Notes under the pieces: generated by a model | What the model was told of the DNA's origin: nothing | Seen by the model: the letters and a program-made list of their open reading frames with translations, nothing else | Database searches by the model: none | Part shown: positions 1 to 8,994 of the stretch, piece after piece | Position numbering within the stretch: the first letter of the stretch is position 1 | How the letters are laid out: every line of letters starts with the position of its first letter | Translations under genes and position numbers: made by a program | DNA from: a virus | Taxonomy: Duplodnaviria > Caudoviricetes | Length of the DNA stretch: 64,000 nucleotides | Direction: 5' to 3' (one strand) | IMG/VR virus record: IMGVR_UViG_3300035696_000037 | Span: 6,744-70,743 of that record

Positions 1-8
1 ACGGATGT

Positions 9-1055
9 TCACTTGGGGGTATCGGTAACTGGCACTAAGATTGACCCATCTTTAACGTTTTCCTTAAAAAGTCTAGTCCTTGACTCTATGACGCACTCTT
101 CGGAGATATCAAAACCCTCCATGGCACGGTCAAGCCTATAGGCAGCGGCAGCGGTAGTACCCCCACCTAAAAACGGGTCTACGACTAAGTCCTTTTTTTG
201 TGTAAACTTATCTATCAAAGTGTGGAACACGTTAATTGGCTGTCCCCACTTATGGTGCTCTTTGTCGTTACCCTCGGATAAGATGAAGTCACGGAACCCA
301 TCCGGCCAATTAGCGGGCTCTCCCTTGGAGTATACGATTACCGGCTTCCAATCGCTGTTCAACGGATTACGTTCGCTAACCCAGACTTGTGCCGACTGAG
401 CGCCCGGAGTATGCACGGCAAGAGTGTGGACATACCTCATTCCGGCATTCCTCGCCGCAGTCTCCATGCTTGCGAGGACTTGCGGCAGATACCGCTGACC
501 TGACATGGCGACAAGCCACCCACGTTCATTCAGAACTCTACCCGAAAATCGGACAAGTTCTCCCCATAGCGGCAGGGTCTTCTCCTCGTAGGGCGGGTCA
601 GTTATGACCGCTGTAGCGTTACCCAAGTGCAATGCTTGCACTTTGTAGATATCTTCAACGTAAAGGTCCATGCCGCTGATTCCAAGCGGCTCTAACAGCC
701 GCTCTGCGCGTTTTTTGTCAGTAATGAACCGGTCTGCCTTGTTACGGATAAAGCCCGGTCGCAGGTGCTCTTCACGGCGGGCTTCCCTCAGCCATTTTCT
801 AAAGGTATCCTCAGGAATCTGGCTGAACATCCCCGCTCTCCAAACAAGATGTTCCCTCCTTGTGACTGACCACTCCTTCGGTAAGTCTTTAGCACTGATG
901 CCTCCTGGTCGCAATCCGAGATTTCGCTCAATCCACATGGCCGCCTCAAATGCATCGGCAGCCTTAGACATGTCTTTTTCACGTTCAGCAACCTGTTGCC
1001 GTATCTCATACTCTCTCAAGGTTTCTACTTGAGCAACGTTGACGTCAACTTCCAT
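9..1055 (-). CDS. DNA adenine/N4-cytosine methyltransferase (beta-class motif order) with N-terminal extension
   Basis: Motif IV 'VITDPPY' precedes motif I 'VVDPFLGGGTT'; RBS AAGGGAG upstream of ATG. Confidence 0.85.
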   Translation of the reverse strand: MEVDVNVAQVETLREYEIRQQVAEREKDMSKAADAFEAAMWIERNLGLRPGGISAKDLPKEWSVTRREHLVWRAGMFSQIPEDTFRKWLREARREEHLRPGFIRNKADRFITDKKRAERLLEPLGISGMDLYVEDIYKVQALHLGNATAVITDPPYEEKTLPLWGELVRFSGRVLNERGWLVAMSGQRYLPQVLASMETAARNAGMRYVHTLAVHTPGAQSAQVWVSERNPLNSDWKPVIVYSKGEPANWPDGFRDFILSEGNDKEHHKWGQPINVFHTLIDKFTQKKDLVVDPFLGGGTTAAAAYRLDRAMEGFDISEECVIESRTRLFKENVKDGSILVPVTDTPK

Positions 1056-1660
1056 GGTTCTCCCTTTAGCCCGGCGTTAAAATATCCCTCTTGATTGGGG
1101 GCTATATGTATTTTAATACGCTCGGAGTCTTGTTTCTCCGCCAACTCAAACCCATCCTCTATCAACCTCCAGAAGAGGCTGACACGGGCAATCTTCCCTA
1201 TCTGAGCGGTCTGTTGGTCGGCAAGGTCAGGTGGAAGCTCCATCCCTGCGGGAAAGGTAATCTCCGCCTCCATTGCTCGTTTTTGCGGGTCGTTAGAAAT
1301 GTGATATAGCCCGACTTTGGGCTCCGGGACTATCCCATGCACTGAAAAATATCTATCTTCAAAAAGCTGGCGTTTTTGTGGCGGGACATCGACGTAGAGT
1401 TTGCATTTCTTAGCCCAGTATCCATAAACATAGGCAAGCTTCCCGTCTTCATCCCAAGGCAAGTTCTCTGCTGTAATGCACGGGTCCCTCTTGACCAACT
1501 CAAGGTATTTTCCGCTGGTCTGCCGTAAACCCCATGGACCTTTGTAATAAACGCTATACTGGTCGTTATTGGACAAACGGGCTACGACTTCACCTGTATT
1601 CCCACTGATGTGTTTGATTTTGTCTCCAGCAAAATATATCCGGGTCTTGGTTTCATTCAT
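1025..1660 (-). CDS. Hypothetical protein (211 aa), paralog of the adjacent 1670-2389 gene
   Basis: Shared C-terminal pattern with neighbour (GFELAEKQDSERIKIHIAPNQEGYFNAGLKGEP vs KFHLGEQQTSDDIRSHVPERFLPAFDAGVTGTP). Confidence 0.7.
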   Translation of the reverse strand: MNETKTRIYFAGDKIKHISGNTGEVVARLSNNDQYSVYYKGPWGLRQTSGKYLELVKRDPCITAENLPWDEDGKLAYVYGYWAKKCKLYVDVPPQKRQLFEDRYFSVHGIVPEPKVGLYHISNDPQKRAMEAEITFPAGMELPPDLADQQTAQIGKIARVSLFWRLIEDGFELAEKQDSERIKIHIAPNQEGYFNAGLKGEPWKLTSTLLK

Positions 1661-1669
1661 ACTAGCCCC

Positions 1670-2389
1670 CTACGCTGTGATTGTAGGTTCCTGCTCGTTC
1701 TCCAGCAGGTTGGAATCCATGGGCACAACCTTTCCGAATTCCACGGGTGTACCGGTTACACCAGCATCGAATGCTGGTAAGAACCTCTCGGGAACATGAC
1801 TTCGGATGTCATCCGATGTCTGCTGCTCCCCTAGATGGAACTTGAGCGAGCCACCCAAAAAGCCTAAAACGAACTCCTTCTGGTGCAGAGAGAATTTGTC
1901 GCCACCATAGTAGACGGTTACGTTGACGTCGGTTTCCCCTGTTAATCGCTCTCGAAGCTCTTTGCCGAATCCTGTGACAATGATGGCATATGACGGGCTA
2001 TGGTGCTTGTCTGTCGCTACGGTAATAGTGTCGTCCGTGACAGTGAAGCCATAGTGTATGGCCTCTTCGACCACCTTGTCAAGTTGGTCAGGCGGGATGC
2101 TGATGTTAAAGTGATGAGGGTGGGATGAAATCCATCCGGCAACCCAATAAGCAATCTTTTTGGTTTCGATGACAGCGAGACGGGACCTGAATCGTTGTTC
2201 ACTTCGTTCCTTCGCTGTTAAGGGAAGTGGTTTCAGTTCAGAGTCTTTAACCCAACCCATATCGTCCCAATCTTCCGCTCCCTCAAGCCGTATGTGGCTG
2301 TAGCCCCGGTCGCTTTCAAGGACAACTACACGCACCAGCTTCGACGGATGGTATCTCTTGTCTTTATAGATGAAAACGGTGAAATTCAT
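1670..2389 (-). CDS. Hypothetical protein (239 aa), paralog of 1025-1660
   Basis: Start moved to ATG 2389 (RBS GGAGGG, sigma70-like promoter directly upstream); shared C-terminal pattern. Confidence 0.7.
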   Translation of the reverse strand: MNFTVFIYKDKRYHPSKLVRVVVLESDRGYSHIRLEGAEDWDDMGWVKDSELKPLPLTAKERSEQRFRSRLAVIETKKIAYWVAGWISSHPHHFNISIPPDQLDKVVEEAIHYGFTVTDDTITVATDKHHSPSYAIIVTGFGKELRERLTGETDVNVTVYYGGDKFSLHQKEFVLGFLGGSLKFHLGEQQTSDDIRSHVPERFLPAFDAGVTGTPVEFGKVVPMDSNLLENEQEPTITA

Positions 2390-2404
2390 GTTCCCTCCAT
2401 CTAT

Positions 2405-2434
2405 AGTATACCTCAAGATTTTATGTTTTTTCAA
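2405..2434 (-). promoter_or_regulatory. Sigma70-like promoter for the methyltransferase island
   Basis: TTGAAA-18 nt-TATACT on minus strand just upstream of ATG 2389. Confidence 0.6.
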
Positions 2435-2459
2435 AGATTTTAACTGAATAATGACCGGT

Positions 2460-4400
2460 TCAGACAATACCGATTTCCCGCAGGAACCGGCTGGGTGCCA
2501 CCTGCTGGGTGTTGGGTCCCCGTGGCTCAAGTCCGTTGACGCAGATGGCCAGGAAGTCCCTCGCTCTCGTGCAGGCGACGTAGAACAGCCGACGCTCCTC
2601 CTCCACCTCCGAGGAGCTGCCCATGCTGAAGCGGTGCGGCAAGGAGCCCTCGGTCACGTTGGTGATGTACACCCTCCGCCATTCCAAGCCTTTGGCCGAA
2701 TGGATGGTGCTGACGGTCACCGCTCCTTTATCGTCATCTTCGGTTGGCCGCTCCATGGCCAATTGGAAGACGAGGTCGTGGGCGCTCATCTCTGATTCGG
2801 CGACCAAGGCGTTGACCAATAGGAGGAAGCGGTCGATGTTCTCGCACTTGACCTTGAGCTTGCTGGGCTCATTGCCATACTTGATGCCAAGATAGTCCTT
2901 ATACCGGAACGCCTCGACGATTTCCTTCATCAGGTCCGCAGGACGGTCAATCCCGCCTTGGAGGCCGGACAAGGCATCATGGAAGGCCTCCAGCCGCTCG
3001 TGGTCCCCGCATGCCTTGACGAGGTCGCCGCCGTAAGTCGATTCGGCCCGCTGCCGTATCTTTTCCATGGCGACTTCCCCGATGCCCTTCTTGGGGACGG
3101 TGACGGCCCGGATGAACGCCGGAAAATCCTTGGGGTTGACTATCAGGCGGAAATAGGCCAAGACGTCCTTGACCTCCTCCGTCTGGAGCAACCCCTTGCC
3201 GCCCCGGACGATGTAGGGGATGCGGTATCGCACGAGCGCTCCCTCGATGTCCCTGACTTGGATGGCCGAGCGCACGAGGATGGCATTGTCCTTGTACTCG
3301 ACGAGGCCTTTCTTGAGCCCGGCATCGTGCCGTATCTCCTGCGCTATGATGCTGGCTATGTCGGAGGGGAGCGACGACTTTATGAGCCTCGTGCTGCCCG
3401 TCTCCAGTTCCTTGCCTTCGGGGTCTATTCCTCGGAACATCTGCATCTTGAGCGGGATTACCTCCGTCATGGTGCTGTTTATCTTGTTCGACAGCCTGAT
3501 GATGGACGGCAAGCTCCGATGGTTGCGGCTGATGCGGTATAGGTCGGGAACGTGCCCGCGCCAGCCCTCGCTGTATTCCTTGAGCAGGCGGGGCTCCGCC
3601 CCTTGGAATGCGTAAATGGACTGGGCTAAGTCCCCCACGCAATAAAGGTTGGGGTTGTCGTCGGCGAGGAGCAGGTTGACGAACCTCCACTGGATGGGGC
3701 TGGTGTCCTGCGATTCGTCCTGCAAGACATGGTGGAACCGGCGCTGCAAGGCTGCCCGCCAGCTTTCCTCCGTTTCTCCCCGGCGCACCACGAGGTGAAT
3801 CATGTCGTCGAAATCAACCAAGTTTCCTTTCTTCTTCTCCTGCTCGAACTTGTGCCAGAGCTTGATTTCCCAGTCTTCGAGGGCATGGTATCCGGCGTGG
3901 TGCTCCAGTGCCTCCTCGTGGACGCCTTCCGTGTAGTCGTCGGCGAACCCCACCCCACGGGCACGGTGGTATTCCAGCTTCTCCAAGAAGTGGTAGGCGT
4001 TCTTCTCCATGCCCCTCTCGGGGGGCATGCGCTCGATGAGCTTCTTCACCATCTGGCTTTGGTCGTAGTCGTCCATGGGCGTGACTTTGCCCTCGAATCC
4101 GAACCCCTCGGGGTCCCTGCGGATGGCATTGAGGGCGAGGCTGTGGATGGTGCTGATGTGCGGGTGCTCGGCGTCGATGTCGTCCTCGGGAACCGAGCAT
4201 ACCCGCCTTTCTATCTCGCTTGCCGCCTTCGTCGTAAATGTTATGCAGCAGATGCGGCGGGGGGGAACTTGGTGTTCCATCAGCCAGCGGACGCGCTCGG
4301 TGATGGTCGCCGTCTTGCCACTCCCCGCCCCGGCGATGAGGCAGGCGGGCTTGCCTATGGGGTGGGCTACGGCATTGAGTTGCTCTTCGTTGAGGGTCAT
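2460..4400 (-). CDS. uvrD: UvrD/PcrA/Rep-family superfamily 1 DNA helicase (646 aa)
   Basis: LNEEQ Q-motif, Walker A 'AGAGSGKT', 'VLQDESQD', 'VGDLAQSIYAFQGA', 'STIHSAKGLEW', 'EERRLFYVACTRAR'; start set at MTLNEEQ next to upstream stop. Confidence 0.93.
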   Translation of the reverse strand: MTLNEEQLNAVAHPIGKPACLIAGAGSGKTATITERVRWLMEHQVPPRRICCITFTTKAASEIERRVCSVPEDDIDAEHPHISTIHSLALNAIRRDPEGFGFEGKVTPMDDYDQSQMVKKLIERMPPERGMEKNAYHFLEKLEYHRARGVGFADDYTEGVHEEALEHHAGYHALEDWEIKLWHKFEQEKKKGNLVDFDDMIHLVVRRGETEESWRAALQRRFHHVLQDESQDTSPIQWRFVNLLLADDNPNLYCVGDLAQSIYAFQGAEPRLLKEYSEGWRGHVPDLYRISRNHRSLPSIIRLSNKINSTMTEVIPLKMQMFRGIDPEGKELETGSTRLIKSSLPSDIASIIAQEIRHDAGLKKGLVEYKDNAILVRSAIQVRDIEGALVRYRIPYIVRGGKGLLQTEEVKDVLAYFRLIVNPKDFPAFIRAVTVPKKGIGEVAMEKIRQRAESTYGGDLVKACGDHERLEAFHDALSGLQGGIDRPADLMKEIVEAFRYKDYLGIKYGNEPSKLKVKCENIDRFLLLVNALVAESEMSAHDLVFQLAMERPTEDDDKGAVTVSTIHSAKGLEWRRVYITNVTEGSLPHRFSMGSSSEVEEERRLFYVACTRARDFLAICVNGLEPRGPNTQQVAPSRFLREIGIV

Positions 4401-4401
4401 C

Positions 4402-4767
4402 TTATCCGTCCACAAGGCTTTCCAACCGACGTACCACAGCCTCTTCCGCCCGGTCAATCTCCTCGCACCTCAGGAAACGAGAACAAGCCAGCTTCCGCAT
4501 CTCCGCCAGCAAGACATGGAAGACCTCGTGGGCGGCAGCCTGTTTTATCTTCATTTCACTGGGGGGATGGGGCCAATGAGTGTTAAGACTGATGGATGCC
4601 ACCCGGTTGGCAGCATCGGACAAGGAACTGGCTCCCGTATCCCAATTGAGGCGGACGTGCTTGACGGTGATAAGATAGTCCATAAGGCCCAAGCGTTTCT
4701 GCCATTCGACGACGGTCTTGTTGAAAAGGCTGAAATGCCCCGGCTTGGTCGGAAACTTCTTATTCAC
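4402..4767 (-). CDS. Small HExxH metallopeptidase-like protein
   Basis: 'AAAHEVFHVLL' preceded by beta-strand-like 'VASISLN'; operon-packed. Confidence 0.5.
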   Translation of the reverse strand: MNKKFPTKPGHFSLFNKTVVEWQKRLGLMDYLITVKHVRLNWDTGASSLSDAANRVASISLNTHWPHPPSEMKIKQAAAHEVFHVLLAEMRKLACSRFLRCEEIDRAEEAVVRRLESLVDG

Positions 4768-5236
4768 CCACTACCTCCGCGTCCACGCAGGCGGAGGGGA
4801 GCAGCCTCTCCGGGCGGCCTGATACGGCCAAGTCGAGCTCCGGCAGGATGTGGTCTCCCACAGTGAGCCCATCCTTCGTGACGATGAAGGCGAGCACCAA
4901 GCGGCGGAACTCCACCACGCCCGTCCGGCTCGATTCGTAGATGCTCTTCATCTGGTTGTACAAGACCCTCCACACCCGCTTGCAGTCCTGCTCGAAGGGG
5001 TCGGCGGGCGGCTTGGGCGGGCTCCCCCACCTGCGGCGTCGGCGCTTGGCCTCCGCCTTGCACTCCGCCTGTAGGCGGATGCGGTAGGGCTTGCCGTCAA
5101 TCTGGACGTAGGCCTCGAACCCCTCGGTCGGGGGCTGCGAGAAAAATGCAATCCCGGTGCCACCATTCTGGAGAATCAGCTTGCGGATGGCCTCTTGCGA
5201 CCGGGACACCGGGACCATCGTCTGTTCATAAGCCAT
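4760..5236 (-). CDS. Hypothetical protein (158 aa)
   Basis: Operon-packed ORF with RBS (AGGA). Confidence 0.7.
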   Translation of the reverse strand: MAYEQTMVPVSRSQEAIRKLILQNGGTGIAFFSQPPTEGFEAYVQIDGKPYRIRLQAECKAEAKRRRRRWGSPPKPPADPFEQDCKRVWRVLYNQMKSIYESSRTGVVEFRRLVLAFIVTKDGLTVGDHILPELDLAVSGRPERLLPSACVDAEVVGE

Positions 5237-5248
5237 AAATCCTTGCTC

Positions 5249-5824
5249 CTAATCCCGTTTCTCCCAAGAGGTATAATACCCGCTGCATCCCGGAACCGGC
5301 TGGTCGAGGGTGCGGTCGACCCAGTTCCATGCCTCCTCCCGTGCCCTCTCGTGCCACTCCCGGAGGTTCGATGCACCTATGTGCCGATATATTTCCAAGT
5401 ACTCCTTGAGCCCCCCGGACAGCTTGGCGAGGGGCAGGAACACCCACCACGGGGTGATGACGAAGGCGTATTTGTCGGCCAAGGCCAAGGCGGATACGGG
5501 CTGCTCCGCCTTCTTGGCGCAATGGCGGGAATGGTACAGGCAGAACTCGTACCACTTGGGCGGATAGACGGCCCACCAAGCCGATTCTCCCTTCTTGTCG
5601 AATAGCCAGTGGGCTATGCTTGCGCCAAGCTCCGGGTGGGCCTTGCCGTCCTTGCCGTCGATGTCGTCCTTTCCCCAATAGCCGAGGTCATGGATGAAGA
5701 AGCAGACCCATATCCGCAAGTCCTTGGGAAAGCCGAACAACCGCCACCACGCCAGCGCCACGAACAGCGAGTGGATGATTATCTGGTGCTCGCCAAAGAG
5801 CAGGTTTTTGGTCCCGGCCCTCAT
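5249..5824 (-). CDS. HD-superfamily phosphohydrolase-like protein
   Basis: H...'FIHDLGY'...'LYHSRH'...'LADKY' spacing typical of HD domains. Confidence 0.6.
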   Translation of the reverse strand: MRAGTKNLLFGEHQIIIHSLFVALAWWRLFGFPKDLRIWVCFFIHDLGYWGKDDIDGKDGKAHPELGASIAHWLFDKKGESAWWAVYPPKWYEFCLYHSRHCAKKAEQPVSALALADKYAFVITPWWVFLPLAKLSGGLKEYLEIYRHIGASNLREWHERAREEAWNWVDRTLDQPVPGCSGYYTSWEKRD

Positions 5825-6252
5825 TGTATCCCTACGGACGCTTTGTATTCGTTTTCGGCCTCGTCCACGACCTTCTCGTACCCTTCGTCGAGTCTTTCCA
5901 GGAAGACGGCAACAGGAACATCCCCCTCGGAAGTAGGCCAGAGCCTTTCAATCTCGGCATCCAGCCGGTCCAACTCCGCCTGCGAGAACCTGTACCTGCG
6001 GCTGCGGAGGTATTCTTCCGTCCATCCCGGATGCGCAATCCTTCCGGGAACGATAAAAACGGTCATCCCTTCCCGCTTGTGGACCTCGCCCTTCAGGTTG
6101 ACCTCAAAGACCGTGGTCGGGGCAACGGTCGGGAAAGCCTTGGGAACAGGAATGGGGGCGGCCTCGGGGACTGGTGCCTTGGCCGGTCCCGGTCCCTCGT
6201 GCCCGAAAAGACGCCGCCATGCCCGCTGCGCCCAACTCATGAGAAAACTCAT
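5821..6252 (-). CDS. Hypothetical protein (143 aa)
   Basis: ATGA overlaps with both neighbours. Confidence 0.65.
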   Translation of the reverse strand: MSFLMSWAQRAWRRLFGHEGPGPAKAPVPEAAPIPVPKAFPTVAPTTVFEVNLKGEVHKREGMTVFIVPGRIAHPGWTEEYLRSRRYRFSQAELDRLDAEIERLWPTSEGDVPVAVFLERLDEGYEKVVDEAENEYKASVGIQ

Positions 6253-6674
6253 GGTGCCTGCTCTTTCCCCAGCAGTTCAGCGCCGGTACAGGGCTCGTCC
6301 TTCTTTTCTTGCCGCTCGCGGAGCCAATGCTTGCATCCGGGGCACTGGGGGGCGTAGAAATGCCCCACCCACGTGAACTCCGTCTCGCAGTTGGGGCAGC
6401 ATATCAACTGGACTTCCCCCAGCCGCTCCTCCGCCCACCGCTTCCACGGCGTAGCCGGGAACAGCTTGGCGGTGTCCCGCAGCTTCCTCAGGACCGTGAT
6501 GGCCGACTCGAAGTAGTCGTCGTTCTCCCAAATCAGGTCGAAGTCGTTCTGGAGGAAGCGCCGGGCGATGCGCCGGATGAACCAATACCCATGCGGGCGG
6601 GTGTACATGTGCGGGGGGCAAGGCTTGGTGCATAGCACCCTCGACTCTCCCGGCCTGAGCTTTTCCGTGGACAT
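6249..6674 (-). CDS. Hypothetical protein with zinc-ribbon motif
   Basis: CPNC...CPGC pair; ATGA overlap with downstream gene. Confidence 0.65.
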   Translation of the reverse strand: MSTEKLRPGESRVLCTKPCPPHMYTRPHGYWFIRRIARRFLQNDFDLIWENDDYFESAITVLRKLRDTAKLFPATPWKRWAEERLGEVQLICCPNCETEFTWVGHFYAPQCPGCKHWLRERQEKKDEPCTGAELLGKEQAP

Positions 6675-6701
6675 GGCTACTTGAGTGTTGCGGTCTTCGT
6701 G

Positions 6702-7082
6702 CTACCCTTCCGTGACGTTGCCGTTCGCTATCGACCTGACCCTTGACAGGTCGAGCGGCTTGGTCATGTTGGGGTTTTCCGGGTCGTAATGCCTCGGGAC
6801 GAAGCCGCCGTTGCGGTCGAATGCCTCCAAGGACGCCATGAGCAGGGTAGCGGTCTTTAGGACATTCCTGTATTGCTCGTCCGGGGTCGCTTCCATGGAC
6901 ACGGCCTTGCCGAGATAGGTAACGGCATAGGCTGCCCAATCGTTCAGGGTATTCTTGTCGTCAAACGCCATGCCCCATATGGCATCTTCGTATTCCCGCT
7001 CACCAATTACCTTTTCGAGGACCGAGGCGATTCGCTGCTCGAAGGCGTTCGTCTGTCCGTAAGTCTCGATTTTTATCCCCAT
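6702..7082 (-). CDS. MazG-like all-alpha NTP pyrophosphatase-fold protein, apparently degenerate
   Basis: ERxYEDAIWG...W...YLGKA...LKTATLLMASLEAFDR resembles the phage MazG-like pattern but lacks the EExGE acidic cluster. Confidence 0.45.
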   Translation of the reverse strand: MGIKIETYGQTNAFEQRIASVLEKVIGEREYEDAIWGMAFDDKNTLNDWAAYAVTYLGKAVSMEATPDEQYRNVLKTATLLMASLEAFDRNGGFVPRHYDPENPNMTKPLDLSRVRSIANGNVTEG

Positions 7083-7089
7083 ATTGACC

Positions 7090-7248
7090 TTACTTCTGCA
7101 TCAGGCTTGCAGCGAACAAGATGGCGGCACCGAACAGCACGATGGCCCAGAGCCAGTTGCCTCCCCGGAACTCTCCGGGAAGCTTGGCGTTGGTAGGGTC
7201 AGGGGGCTCCGGGCTATGCGTTGCCGGTGGGCCAGTGCTCGTTTTCAT
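7090..7248 (-). CDS. Small membrane protein (52 aa)
   Basis: Single C-terminal hydrophobic segment WLWAIVLFGAAILFAASL; AGAAGG before ATG 7248. Confidence 0.5.
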   Translation of the reverse strand: MKTSTGPPATHSPEPPDPTNAKLPGEFRGGNWLWAIVLFGAAILFAASLMQK

Positions 7249-7435
7249 GCCTTCTAATACTGTATTTTTCTTGGGAATTGTGGGGGCGGGGCTTGATTTC
7301 GTCCTCCAGCCAGCACACGGTATGGGCATACCGGGCGTCGTCGGGAACCTCGAACCAAAATACGGTCTTGGTGCGGTCTTCCATGTCGGCTTGGGTCAGC
7401 GGCTCAAGGCAGTAGGGGCAGGAGAAGGGGTCCAT
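7214..7435 (-). CDS. Small zinc-finger-like protein (73 aa)
   Basis: CPYC...HxxC ligand pattern. Confidence 0.55.
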   Translation of the reverse strand: MDPFSCPYCLEPLTQADMEDRTKTVFWFEVPDDARYAHTVCWLEDEIKPRPHNSQEKYSIRRHENEHWPTGNA

Positions 7436-7477
7436 ACCATGGACTGGACAGTTGCCCGTTTTGGGGCATTGCCCCCG

Positions 7478-7711
7478 TCAATAGCGGGGGTAAAAATGGT
7501 CGACTGCCAGAGCGATGCCGCTTAGCGCCGAAACGACAAATCCAGCCAGGAACGAGTAGCCAAGAAAGGCGAAGATGGCGCTTTGGTCCGGTTCGACCTT
7601 ATAAAGGCCCTCCAGGCCCGCAAAGGCGAGCACTAGGACGCCGATGAGCGACAAGAGTACGGTGAGAACCCCGAAGAACAAGATTTTCTTGAATACCAAC
7701 ATAATCCCCAT
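7478..7711 (-). CDS. Small two-TM membrane protein
   Basis: Two hydrophobic segments; GGAGGG RBS. Confidence 0.6.
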   Translation of the reverse strand: MGIMLVFKKILFFGVLTVLLSLIGVLVLAFAGLEGLYKVEPDQSAIFAFLGYSFLAGFVVSALSGIALAVDHFYPRY

Positions 7712-7721
7712 AATCCCCTCC

Positions 7722-8021
7722 CTAAGCCATCCGAGACTTGGCGAAATCCCACAGGCCCCGCTTCTTCACCTTGTCGATTACCCGGCTGAGGGCCTCTATC
7801 TCGTTCCTTCCCTTGCGCCGGATGCGTATCCCGGAGTAGGGGGCCTTGGCGTCGGGGTGCGGAACAAGCTCCGCTTCCGCCACCCACCTGTAATCCCTTC
7901 CCCATTTGATTAGCTCCAGCGTTTTCAACTTGAGGGTACGTTCCCCGTCGAGGAAGGCCGCCTCCAAGTGCCGCTTTGGGAGCCACGAAAAGGAGGCCTC
8001 GGAGGTGATGATGTGCTTCAC
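7722..8021 (-). CDS. Hypothetical protein (99 aa)
   Basis: GGAGG RBS, GTG start, operon-packed. Confidence 0.6.
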   Translation of the reverse strand: MKHIITSEASFSWLPKRHLEAAFLDGERTLKLKTLELIKWGRDYRWVAEAELVPHPDAKAPYSGIRIRRKGRNEIEALSRVIDKVKKRGLWDFAKSRMA

Positions 8022-8022
8022 G

Positions 8023-8241
8023 TCAATCCTCCTTCTTCGTGGCGTACCATGGCCAGACCATGAAGGCCCAGAACATCCATACGGACGACACGCCGCAGCA
8101 GGCGAAGGAGAGGGCGGGGTGCAAGTTCTCGATGGCCTTGTAGCCCATGGCGGCCATGATGAGGGAGAGGCCGACGAGCATCCACGCCTTGAGCATCCTG
8201 CGGGTTATGACCTTCCATTCCTCATCGGACATTCTTTTCAT
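8023..8241 (-). CDS. Small two-TM membrane protein
   Basis: Two hydrophobic segments; RBS GGAGG lies inside a hairpin. Confidence 0.6.
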   Translation of the reverse strand: MKRMSDEEWKVITRRMLKAWMLVGLSLIMAAMGYKAIENLHPALSFACCGVSSVWMFWAFMVWPWYATKKED

Positions 8242-8243
8242 CG

Positions 8244-8270
8244 AAACCCCCCTCCCGAGGGGGTTTTGTT
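8244..8270. terminator. Hairpin with flanking A/T tracts (possible bidirectional terminator)
   Basis: AAACCCCC-CTCCCGA-GGGGGTTTT on plus strand, intergenic. Confidence 0.45.
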
Positions 8271-8280
8271 GTACGGAACA

Positions 8281-8454
8281 TCAGGGCTTCATGAAAGCCA
8301 TGAACAGGGCGGCGACGGCTCCGACGATGGTAAGGGCCATGCGGGCGGAAGCCCGAAACTCCCCGTCCCCGTCCTTGATTCCGACCGCGCCATCGACGAT
8401 GATTCCCAAGGCAAGGACAAGGCTTGCCCCGCTGATGATGTATCCGAAAAACAT
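8281..8454 (-). CDS. Small two-TM membrane protein (57 aa)
   Basis: GGAGG RBS 7 nt before ATG 8454; two hydrophobic segments. Confidence 0.6.
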   Translation of the reverse strand: MFFGYIISGASLVLALGIIVDGAVGIKDGDGEFRASARMALTIVGAVAALFMAFMKP

Positions 8455-8455
8455 G

Positions 8456-8653
8456 TCATTTCCTCCACTTCGAGACAAGGGTCAGCCGCTCGGCGGCGAG
8501 CCACAAGACTTGGTCACAGTATCTTTCTCCGTCCCACATGACCTTGACGCCGTCGTCATACCACGTGCGGCCTTTGACGGTTCCAACCACGCCATCGGGA
8601 CGGCTAACCCGGTCACCTTTTTCCAACGCTTTCATTTCTTCGACGGTCATCAT
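8456..8653 (-). CDS. Small SH3/KOW-like hypothetical protein
   Basis: LEKGDRV...GVVGTV...VKVMWDG pattern; ATGA overlap. Confidence 0.55.
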   Translation of the reverse strand: MMTVEEMKALEKGDRVSRPDGVVGTVKGRTWYDDGVKVMWDGERYCDQVLWLAAERLTLVSKWRK

Positions 8654-8940
8654 GCCTCCTCAATGGGTGTTTCCGCCACAAGCTGAGCGATTTCCTGCTT
8701 CCACCTTGCCGGGTTGTATTTGTCGATGTACCGAGCCAAGTCGGATGATGTGATGAGTCCGTTCGGGTGCTTGCTGCTGTCCCCGGCCCATCGGGTATGC
8801 TTACTGCGGAGGATGGCTTCAATCTCGTGGTCGTCATATCCACGGCGGCGGAGCATCTTAATGCTCGGCAGCCAGCCATGGTTGTAGCGGTCGGCGGAGT
8901 AGGCGTCGGAACACTTGTCGGCGAGTTCTTGGGGCGTCAT
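8650..8940 (-). CDS. Hypothetical protein (96 aa)
   Basis: GAGGG RBS and TATAAT promoter upstream. Confidence 0.65.
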   Translation of the reverse strand: MTPQELADKCSDAYSADRYNHGWLPSIKMLRRRGYDDHEIEAILRSKHTRWAGDSSKHPNGLITSSDLARYIDKYNPARWKQEIAQLVAETPIEEA

Positions 8941-8956
8941 AGTTTCCCTCAATCCT

Positions 8957-8980
8957 ATTATACACCGGAGAGCAGATTTT
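8957..8980 (-). promoter_or_regulatory. Putative promoter (TG-TATAAT with upstream AAAATC box)
   Basis: AAAATC-12 nt-TATAAT upstream of ATG 8940. Confidence 0.55.
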
Positions 8981-8994
8981 CAGGAGGGATTTTT

